Origin: Tortispora ganteri
Lineage: Eukaryota
Length of the DNA: 64,000 nt
Assembly: GCA_003707115.1 (NCBI GenBank)
Contig: PPNB01000006.1
Coordinates: 62,001-126,000, forward strand
Direction: 5' to 3'
Positions 11,346-21,030 of this stretch are shown here, piece after piece. Under the pieces are notes generated by a model. That model was not told the DNA's origin. It saw nothing but the letters and a program-made list of their open reading frames with translations, and did not search any database. Position 1 is the first letter of the stretch. Each line of letters begins with the position of its first letter. The translations under genes were made by a program, and so were the position numbers.

Positions 11346-11870
11346 CTATAGGAGCCAATTGGGGGCAGTTTCTTTGCGGACCTGGAAAGAGGTGGCGTCG
11401 AAAGCCTCTATGTGTAATTCTATTGATATTCGCGGGCGGCTACCGGCAAAACGTCTGTACTCTTCGTCTACGGATGCGAGATTCCAACGTTGAAGCCTAC
11501 GAAGACAGCCTATGACAGTCCCAGTTCTGTGACGACCCATTGTACAGCATACCAGTATGGGGAACTGCGTTTTGTCTGTGATTATGCGTAGGGCGTCATT
11601 TATTGCATTTTCAGTGAGACCTTCCCATGCGTGTGCACCCTCTGTGGCGAGGCCAAGGTGATGAAGGGTGATATCGTTGTCATCGGTGAAGGCGAGGAAG
11701 GCCTCACTTGGGTCCTCTACAGCGAGCCAAACGACAGTGCGGAGATTAAGCTGTGCAATGAACGGGAAGTTAATTGGTACGGGTTGGCCTGATCTGAAAA
11801 GTCCTGCCTCAACGGGACAAAAGTTAAGAGGCGGAACTAATTTGTTTATGGAGTAGCTAGTGTGATCCAT
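11346..11870 (-). CDS. OCA1: Siw14-family tyrosine phosphatase-like protein Oca1
   Basis: VPPLNFCPVE..RSGQP, CCTMGRHRTGTVIGCLRR and WNLASVDEEYRRF match Oca1 rather than Oca2 or Siw14. Confidence 0.88.
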   Translation of the reverse strand: MDHTSYSINKLVPPLNFCPVEAGLFRSGQPVPINFPFIAQLNLRTVVWLAVEDPSEAFLAFTDDNDITLHHLGLATEGAHAWEGLTENAINDALRIITDKTQFPILVCCTMGRHRTGTVIGCLRRLQRWNLASVDEEYRRFAGSRPRISIELHIEAFDATSFQVRKETAPNWLL

Positions 11871-12000
11871 TCTCGCGGATTATGTGAAGGTAGAAAGGCG
11901 AAAAGACGATAGAGTTTCTGCCACAGACACACTTTCGGGAGGGTGTACGAATTGACGTGCGTCTACGACGCTTTTATTTTTTTTGGCACAGAATTCAAAA

Positions 12001-12645
12001 ATGAGAGGTAAAACACTGTATATCCGGAACTTGAACGTGAAGTTAGGCGTACGTGATTTCAAGGAATCGCTAAATACGATATTCAGCGAGTTCGGCCCTG
12101 TAATAGAGGTATCAGTCAAGAAGAACTTGCGGATGCGCGGTCAGGCTTTTGTATCGTTTGCACATAGTGAGGATGCTGATCATGCACTGAATGAAATGCA
12201 AGGGTTTCCGCTGTTTGGACAGCCTATGGACATACAGTATGCTAAAATTCCGTCTGATATAGTGGTGTTGCAGGAGAACGATACTGAACAACTTGAACAC
12301 CACAAACTCGAGCGCATAAAAGCCAAAGAGAAACGGTTGGCTGAACTAGCTAATAAACCACAGTTTCAAAAACTCTCTAGAACTTCAAGGAACCAGGGTG
12401 ATGACTTTTTGCCGCCTAACAGGACGCTCTTCATCCAAAACCTACCGCCACACTCTACTGCCGACGATCTTGCTACAATCTTCGATGCATACCCGAACCT
12501 CAAAGACATCAGAGTGGTTCCAGGTGGTACTGGCTTAGCGTTTGTTGAGTACGAAGATGAGTCCAGTGCGGTAACTGCGAAACAGGCATTAAGCAAATTG
12601 GTTGTGGAAGATCACGAAGTTCACGTGACGTATGCCAGAAAATAG
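12001..12645 (+). CDS. U1A/U2B''-family snRNP protein with two RRMs, probably U1A
   Basis: TLYIRNLN...MRGQAFV (RRM1) and PPNRTLFIQNLP (RRM2). First ATG at 12001; the track start is a TTG. Confidence 0.88.
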   Translation: MRGKTLYIRNLNVKLGVRDFKESLNTIFSEFGPVIEVSVKKNLRMRGQAFVSFAHSEDADHALNEMQGFPLFGQPMDIQYAKIPSDIVVLQENDTEQLEHHKLERIKAKEKRLAELANKPQFQKLSRTSRNQGDDFLPPNRTLFIQNLPPHSTADDLATIFDAYPNLKDIRVVPGGTGLAFVEYEDESSAVTAKQALSKLVVEDHEVHVTYARK

Positions 12646-12852
12646 ATAATACACTCCAACCAATCCGCCTCTCCTTGTGATAATGAATAACATCTAATGA
12701 CATATTACGAAGTACAAAATAATAATTGTGGCATAAGTTATTGTTAGAAAGATAGTTTCCGGTTTCAGTAAACGTGGGGCAGTACCAAATGGAGTCGAGT
12801 GGAGTAGAAGCGAATCGTGTAGATCGTGAACACTGTTCAAACCGTTACAAAC

Positions 12853-13683
12853 TTAAAAGATAACGTCTTCATCATTTTCTGATATCAATTGGCCAGGTTC
12901 ATCTACTAATTTGCTTCCTTCTAATTCGGCTTCTGCTTTCAATGCAGCATCAAGTTCTCTTTCAAGGTCAGCAGCAGCAACGTCCTTCTGTTTCTTGTCT
13001 TGAACCTTTTTCAGTCTATAGAACTCCTCGCGATCCAGCTCATCCAATTCAGACATAATGTACTTAATTGTGTTCTCTGTTCTAGGAATAATAACGTGTT
13101 CAATAGCGTTGACACGTCTATTAGTGACTTTAATGACCTCATCCAAAATAACGAAGGCAGTCTGCAATGAAGCAAGATCTACTAAAGTCTCAACTGCTCT
13201 AGAATAAACATCCTTAGCCTTTTGAATTTGTTGACCACCTCGACCTAATCCAGTCAATTGGAAGTCGTTACTTTCCTCCTCGTAAGCCTCAAATTGTGGT
13301 AGGTATACTCCGGATACGTTCTCCTGACGGGCTCTGACGCGGAACCTGGCGGACTTGGCAGCCTCCTGAATTTGGTAACCAATATTCTCACCCGTAGCGT
13401 AATTCACTTCCGCCAGCGAAAATGCCGCTACCTGCATGACTTTACCCATTTTGCGTTTAGCCTCGTCAATTCGTCGAGTAATTTCTCGAAACCGTTTTGT
13501 CAATGCTTCTGACTTCCGCTTAAGTAAACTGTGGCCAGTAGTTGCGCCTTTCAGTTTGATTTTCATGCCCGTCAGCGACATACGAGTCGGAAACACTTGT
13601 TCGCTATTCAGTTAGATATCTATTTCCTCTTTTTTCCTGCTTTTTCTCGTCAATTCTACTTACCGGTTGCCTGCGCCAGACAT
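12853..13683 (-). CDS. VMA8: V-ATPase V1 subunit D; exons 13683-13664 and 13603-12853, intron 13604-13663
   Basis: Splicing GTAAGT...CTAAC TGAATAG restores [36 protein letters not shown] and [12 protein letters not shown] present. Confidence 0.95.
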
Positions 13684-13872
13684 TGTTGGTCGATTTAATG
13701 TGGTGGGTGTAAAAGACTAGGTAAGGGTTGTTGTAGCCTGGCCTTGGCCTGTCCTTACCACCAGCCTGTGTATCTTAGTTACAACATCTTGGGACCAACT
13801 TTTAGACCCACCAATAAAATACTCACAACTTGATCGCCCACCCCTCCCACCACTACTCCCTCCATAATCATC

Positions 13873-16134
13873 ATGAATCTAGACCGGTCCGACATCCCCT
13901 ACGAGCTAGATGTTCTCCAACATCCAGACTCTCTGAATGCATGGTTGCGCTATATTAATCATCTACAGTCTCACGAACGACCAGCACTAACTCTTGTAGT
14001 CGTGTTCGAAAGGGCTTGTGCATATCTTGATCGCTCTTACAAACTCTGGAAGCTTTATCTCGATTACCGTGTCCAGTACCTAAGAAACGTTTCCCCTATC
14101 GACAACCCAGAACAGTTTACTGCAGTCAATGACTGCTATGAAAATGCCCTTACACTGCTCTACGATATGCCCGTCATATGGCTAGACTATATCGCTTTCC
14201 TCCAACTGCAACCTTCACTGACGCAGATCCGTCACACATTTGATCGCGCTCTCAGATCTCTCCCAGTCTCGCAACACCACTTAATTTGGCCACTATACCT
14301 GGAGTTTGCCGAAACGGTTGGTGGCAAAACCTTCGCCTCAATATGGTTGCGCTATGTCCAATTCGCTCCAAAGAAACGTGAAATTCTCATTGAAAAACTT
14401 CAGCACCTCGAGCTGTATACCGACGCCGCTTCACATTACAGACACATACTTTCAGATAGGTACTACAAATCTCACAACGGCAAAAGCATGTATCAGCTAC
14501 ATGCTGACTTTGCTGCCTTGCTCGTTCACCACGCGGTCGACCTCCCTAACTTCTCTACTCCGGCTTTCATTCGCCAGTCGTTTCACAAATTCCCTGACCA
14601 AACAGGGAAACTATATACCGAGTTGGCAAAATACTACATTGTAAATAACAACCTTGAAAGAGCACGGGACACCTTTAAAGAAGCGTTGTCTACTGTCACT
14701 ACTATCAGAGACTTTGTGCATGTCTTTGAGGCATACACCTCCTTTCAAGAACTTGAGATCTCTAAGCTCATGAGCCAAATAGAATCTTTAGATACCAAAG
14801 AACTAGAGTTAGAAGCGTTGTTAGATCTGCGCATGTTCCAGTTTGAAGAAACGCTCTCTAGTCGTATGCTTCTACTAAGCGATGTTCGTTTACGACAAGA
14901 TGCAAACAACATTCAAGAATGGATCAACAGATTTGACATTGTTACTACATACGACGCTAAAGTTCAGGTATTTGTTGACGCTGTTGAAAAAATTGATCCG
15001 AAAAACGTTCATGGTAACTTGTCTGAGCTCTGGGTACTTTTTGCGCACTTCTACGAGTCCTACGAGGAATTTGATAATGCACGAGCTATTTACAACAAAG
15101 CTACCAATGTTTTTTACCGGTCTCCACACGAACTGAGCGATATTTGGATTGAATGGGCTAAGTTTGAGATTCGTTTAGACCGTGTTGAAGCAGCATTAGA
15201 GGTTCTGAAAACTGCAACTAATCATGATCCCAATGTTAATATCGATTTTCTGGATAGTTCAATACCGTCACAGCAAAGACTACACAAGTCAATAAAGTTA
15301 TGGACATTTTATGCTAGTGTTGTTGAAGCAACTGGATCAGTAGACGCCATCAAAAGTGTCTATGATCAGATGTTTACATTGAAAATCGCTACAGTTGGCT
15401 CAGTTGCAAGATACGCGCAGGCTCTGCAAGAATATGGTTATTACGAGGATTCCTTTAAAGTCTATGAACAGGGAATAGAAATTTTTGCCTATCCAGCTGC
15501 GTTTGAACTCTGGAATGTCTATTTACCGCGAGCAATGGAACGCAACCCGCCTATTGAACGAATGCGACAGTTGTTTGAACAAGCACTGATTGATTGCCCT
15601 GCAGAACTGTCTAAATATATATACATTGCCTACGCATTATATGAAGAGCAAAAAGGGCTATTCTCGTTTGCTCTTAAATTTATAAAGCAAGCTGTTGAGA
15701 AAGCTGTCACAAAAGATAAAGTGACATTGCTGGACTATTACATAAGCAAATGCTGTGTGCTAGAAGGAGTTGATACAGCGCGAAAAGCCTTTGAGTTTGC
15801 GATTCAACAATGTGCTGACAAAGACGCTTCTCTATTTTGTTTGAGGTATGCTGAAGCTGAGATATCAGTCAATGAAATAGTCAGAGCCCGTGAAATATTC
15901 AAGTATGGAACGCAGCTAGCTGACCCGCGAATAGATACCCAGTTCTGGGAGACCTTTAAAGAATTTGAAGAAACTAATGGCGATGAGGAATCAATCAAAG
16001 AAATGATAAGACTGAAAGAATTGGTGGAACATGAAAGAAATACTAGTAAAGACTACGTTTTTGTCCAAGCAAGAAATGCTTTGGAACAGGATCGACAGCC
16101 GGTTGGTTTCGTTAAATCAAACGAAGGCTCATGA
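13873..16134 (+). CDS. SYF1: Pre-mRNA splicing factor Syf1 (XAB2), HAT repeats
   Basis: N-terminal YE..LQHP.S..W.RY, FERA...SYKLWKLYL, LRQDANNIQEW and LHKSIKLW. Confidence 0.92.
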   Translation: MNLDRSDIPYELDVLQHPDSLNAWLRYINHLQSHERPALTLVVVFERACAYLDRSYKLWKLYLDYRVQYLRNVSPIDNPEQFTAVNDCYENALTLLYDMPVIWLDYIAFLQLQPSLTQIRHTFDRALRSLPVSQHHLIWPLYLEFAETVGGKTFASIWLRYVQFAPKKREILIEKLQHLELYTDAASHYRHILSDRYYKSHNGKSMYQLHADFAALLVHHAVDLPNFSTPAFIRQSFHKFPDQTGKLYTELAKYYIVNNNLERARDTFKEALSTVTTIRDFVHVFEAYTSFQELEISKLMSQIESLDTKELELEALLDLRMFQFEETLSSRMLLLSDVRLRQDANNIQEWINRFDIVTTYDAKVQVFVDAVEKIDPKNVHGNLSELWVLFAHFYESYEEFDNARAIYNKATNVFYRSPHELSDIWIEWAKFEIRLDRVEAALEVLKTATNHDPNVNIDFLDSSIPSQQRLHKSIKLWTFYASVVEATGSVDAIKSVYDQMFTLKIATVGSVARYAQALQEYGYYEDSFKVYEQGIEIFAYPAAFELWNVYLPRAMERNPPIERMRQLFEQALIDCPAELSKYIYIAYALYEEQKGLFSFALKFIKQAVEKAVTKDKVTLLDYYISKCCVLEGVDTARKAFEFAIQQCADKDASLFCLRYAEAEISVNEIVRAREIFKYGTQLADPRIDTQFWETFKEFEETNGDEESIKEMIRLKELVEHERNTSKDYVFVQARNALEQDRQPVGFVKSNEGS

Positions 16135-16238
16135 GTAATGACTAAATTATGAAATATCACGCATAATAATTCTAATACATTTACAGGGAATAATTTGGTT
16201 GATTATATTATAAATATGAAAATCTATAAAAAATAATA

Positions 16239-16310
16239 CTTCGGTACCGGGAATCGAACCCGGATCTGCCCGGTGAAAGCGGACCGTGCTAGCCGTTACA
16301 CTATACCGAA
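16239..16310 (-). tRNA. tRNA-Glu (anticodon TTC), intronless
   Basis: Minus strand TTCGGTATAGTGTAACGGCTAGCACGGTCCGCTTTCACCGGGCAGATCCGGGTTCGATTCCCGGTACCGAAG: 7-bp acceptor stem, A box, CTTTCAC loop, GTTCGA B box, and a T-run terminator at ~16228-16233. Confidence 0.96.
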
Positions 16311-16314
16311 TTGC

Positions 16315-16685
16315 TGTTGTAAGCATTACTTCTTTGAAGTATATAAGGTTGCAACTTATAGAAAGCTTAATTAGAGATTCTATATCTCATATCTCACTAT
16401 TGCATTCTATACACTGTCAGATCGAAATAAGCATACTGTTAATTTATAAGTGTTTATACAGCTACTAAAGCATTTTCAGCATTTGTAGTAAGCAGGTGAA
16501 TAATTCAGGTATCACGATTGATAAGAAAAGGGTTATTAGGGCGATTACGAGTTGGAACCTCGTCGTATAAATAACGGACCCAATCAAAGCGTTGCTTTTT
16601 GCGTAAACTTATGATAGTTTTATAGTCTTTACATGATTTTAGTTCAGCTCATAATGTATCTGAATATGCAAAGTGGATCACAACA
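16315..16685. mobile_element. Candidate degenerate solo LTR next to the tRNA 5' end
   Basis: 371 bp bounded by TGTTGT...ACAACA with internal TATA-like motifs, but no matching target-site duplication. Confidence 0.27.
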
Positions 16686-17215
16686 GTTAATAGGGTGAGA
16701 CCTTGAGAAATGGGCGTTCTGCATCCGAGGGTCTCTCTGAGAGACCACATGTATCAACATACAAGCGCATTAAATGACTGTACAGGAAATTTATGCACAA
16801 ATCATAGCACTGTTAGCTTGCAATTAGCATCAGATCATTGTGGTCGTTCTTTAGCAGGGAATAAGTCACAGTAAGTGCAATGTTTTCGTGTAATTGCGTT
16901 CAATCTAACAAAAATATAAGGTTTCAACGGCTATGTTGCATGCATGTTGCATTTGGAATGGGATAGCGACACAGGGACCTTTTGCCCTTTTCTTTGAGGT
17001 TCCTGGTAACGTGTTCTTGAGTTGGCCCCAGATTCTTAGAAAAACCAATCACATTTTGTTAACATTTTTGCGAATCTAATTACGCAAACTATTAAGGGTT
17101 TTTAATAAAAGGGACTAGTAATTTTGAATAGATACAAGAAGGGCATCCGGTATAAAGTTGACTCGCCTCAAATTGTGACACCTTGGTCGACAGTATAACG
17201 TGAAATAAAAGAAAA

Positions 17216-18154
17216 ATGGCATTAAGATCAGGACTTGCATACCGGCCAGAGCCGACTATTGGCAGATATGAAATGCCTAGTTCACCTATTGACGGACAAG
17301 GATTTTCATTTGGTAATGATAATAGCGGTGTTTTGGGCTCAATTAAGACTAAAGCGGAACAATTCGAAAATGTCATTAACCCAGTCTCGAACGCTCTTAG
17401 ACCATATTTGCCATCAATTGGAAGAATGCTCGTCATTCTTACTTTCTTGGAAGACTCTCTAAGACTATTAACGCAATGGAACCAACAAGCCTTCTATTTG
17501 AGAAACTACAGACACATTCCTTACATTTTTGTCGCTGTATTCCTGCTATCGAACATATGCTCCATGTTGATTGGATCTGCATTGATTATGTTGCAAAAAC
17601 AGGTTATGTTTGCTGTGTGCTTACTACTCGCTGTTGTAGTGGGTCAAGCTCTGATATACGGCCTTATTTTTGATCTCTCATTTCTTTCTAGAAACCTGTC
17701 TCTGGTAGGCGGCCTGGTCATGGTACTCAGCGACTCCGTAATGCGTAACAATGTCTCGCGTGGGTTCCCAGGTTTGCCAGAGCTTGAGGAGAAAGACCGA
17801 AAACGTTACTACCAGTTAGCAGGCCGGATCATGCTTGTCTTCTTATTTATTACGTTTTTGTTCTCTGGCCAATGGACTATCCCACGTCTCGTTGTATCGG
17901 TGCTCTCGTTGGCGCTCTGCCTAATGGTGGTGCTTGGCTTTAAGACGAAACTGTCAGCCGCTTTGCTCGTCTTTATTCTCAGTATTTATAATTTCTCTGC
18001 AAACCACTTCTGGACCTACGCGACTACTAGCGCTCGACGCGACTTTTTGAGATACGAATTCTTTCAGACTATGTCCATTGTAGGCGGTCTCATTCTCGTG
18101 GCTTCCTCCGGCGCTGGTGCCATCAGTTTCGACGAAAAGAAAAAGGTTTACTAA
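17216..18154 (+). CDS. ERV29: COPII cargo receptor Erv29 (SURF4)
   Basis: PYLPSIGRMLVILTFLEDSLR, RDFLRYEFFQTMSIVGG, multiple TM segments and C-terminal DEKKKVY. Confidence 0.95.
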   Translation: MALRSGLAYRPEPTIGRYEMPSSPIDGQGFSFGNDNSGVLGSIKTKAEQFENVINPVSNALRPYLPSIGRMLVILTFLEDSLRLLTQWNQQAFYLRNYRHIPYIFVAVFLLSNICSMLIGSALIMLQKQVMFAVCLLLAVVVGQALIYGLIFDLSFLSRNLSLVGGLVMVLSDSVMRNNVSRGFPGLPELEEKDRKRYYQLAGRIMLVFLFITFLFSGQWTIPRLVVSVLSLALCLMVVLGFKTKLSAALLVFILSIYNFSANHFWTYATTSARRDFLRYEFFQTMSIVGGLILVASSGAGAISFDEKKKVY

Positions 18155-18512
18155 CTCTTCTTGGCAATCCTCTTTGACCTACACCCTACCAGAATACGAA
18201 CCAATCGAGCAAACGAAAAGCACATATTTTATGATCTAACCTGTAATTTCTCGCGACATGTTAAATATAAGAAATTACTTCACTAGCGTTCTGCAAAACA
18301 CTTAAGACCAGTAGTCATTAGTCCCTGTTATAACCAAATACTGTTGTTCCATTACTGGGTCCCGCTCCCCTCAGAGCGTTGCTATGCCAGACAAAGGGGG
18401 CGCTTGTTTCCCTTGACCTACGAATACACTCTGGCTCTTTCCTTCCTAACTACCACTTTTCTTTACTCCGTTTGTCAACCTCTCCTCTCCCCCTAAAAAA
18501 AGAGCTGCAAAA

Positions 18513-19587
<1,075 letters not shown>

Positions 19588-19724
19588 ATATTTACAGTTC
19601 TGCTACTTGGAGTTTGTATGACTATATAATTTCCCTATAGCTATATGTGCAGTAGATTTATCCAAATATTAGCACACTATCCTAGTGTACATTAGTAGCC
19701 AAAACATGTGGGTCATTGAATTCG

Positions 19725-20792
19725 CTAAAACAGTGCGGAGACAAACGATCCGTACTGGTCACATCCTGCCATGTGGTATCTATCCTGAGCTTGACTCTGC
19801 AGATCAATGAGTGCTTTTCGTCGCTTCTCATCACTCGGATGTGTTTGTAAGAAGTCAAATTTGGGCGAACCAGCTAAGCCATACTGCCTCATAGCTTTCT
19901 CCATGCGCGACCAGAATTGTGGCGCGTCTGCGGGATTGTAGCAAGCGGACGACATCAGCATCAGGCCTATAGCGTCGGCCTCAGATTCCTGAGCTCTGCT
20001 AGACGGCAGTTCAAACAGTAGATTTTGCAGATTTGAAATACTGTTCGGAATTCCGGCAGAGATGGCCAGCAGCGAAATGAATAGGGAAACCGGTACTCTT
20101 GAGGTCTTCTCAGCGATATGTCTGGCCACAACGTGCGATATCTCATGTGAGAGCACTGTGGCGAGTCCCGCATCATTTTGGGCAATAGGCAGAATGGAAG
20201 TGAACACAAAAACGTGGCCGTTTGCAAGAACAAAGGCGTTCGGGGGATCATTCGAGTTGATAACGGTGACTTTCCAGTCGATGTTGCGCATGTGATCCGG
20301 CCACAGGTCTCGAGGTGGATTCTTCGTCAGTCTTCGCACTATTTCCTTTACTTTGCGCACTGTGGGGTGTCCGTCAGGTAATATATAGTTTCTGTATGAC
20401 CTAATTGTAGATCGTTCTGCGCTTCTGGCCAGATACATATCTAGCCAGGACGGCGCCAGTATCACCCTCAGGCGTTGAGTGACAGGTGCTCGGTCCAGAT
20501 TGGCCACTGCTATGATACCTACAAACCCTCCAACGTATGCGACCCATTTTAGTACAGCGCGGCTACAGAAGAATGCGATACGACGCTCATTAAGTGTATA
20601 GTATCTGTCCTCGCCGAAACGTCTGTACACCGATTGTCTCGCTGGTATAGATCTATGGAAGGTCCGCGCTCCGCTCGGGCCCGTTGCCTGCGCACAAGCG
20701 GTTAACCGCGTAGAACTCGCCAAAACAAAACAGCTGTTCGTGCGCAATGGTAAACCTGAAAAAAATATACGTGAACAGCGCTGGACGTTCAT
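19725..20792 (-). CDS. OMA1: Mitochondrial M48 metalloendopeptidase Oma1
   Basis: Arg/Ser-rich presequence, PNAFVLANG, HEISH zinc motif, QESEADAIG and FLQTHP. Confidence 0.92.
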   Translation of the reverse strand: MNVQRCSRIFFSGLPLRTNSCFVLASSTRLTACAQATGPSGARTFHRSIPARQSVYRRFGEDRYYTLNERRIAFFCSRAVLKWVAYVGGFVGIIAVANLDRAPVTQRLRVILAPSWLDMYLARSAERSTIRSYRNYILPDGHPTVRKVKEIVRRLTKNPPRDLWPDHMRNIDWKVTVINSNDPPNAFVLANGHVFVFTSILPIAQNDAGLATVLSHEISHVVARHIAEKTSRVPVSLFISLLAISAGIPNSISNLQNLLFELPSSRAQESEADAIGLMLMSSACYNPADAPQFWSRMEKAMRQYGLAGSPKFDFLQTHPSDEKRRKALIDLQSQAQDRYHMAGCDQYGSFVSALF

Positions 20793-21030
20793 GGCAGATA
20801 TGCTAATCGAAAGAAAGCTTAGTCTGGGAGGCTCTACTACTTAGATATCGATTGTGTTACTCATACCAGATGTCTATCATTGACGCTGTAAATATAAAAT
20901 TCATATTTAAAACACTATTTGTAGCGTAAAATATGTAAACAGGTGTACTTAGCTATAAGTGTTCCACCTTACATCTCTACGTAAAAATATAGCACATACT
21001 CATCAAACAGTCATTTACCTTTGCCATTAG

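Noticed and set aside
16730..16746. Perfect inverted repeat GGTCTCTC-T-GAGAGACC
   Set aside because: Isolated 8-bp dyad with no context; compatible with chance.
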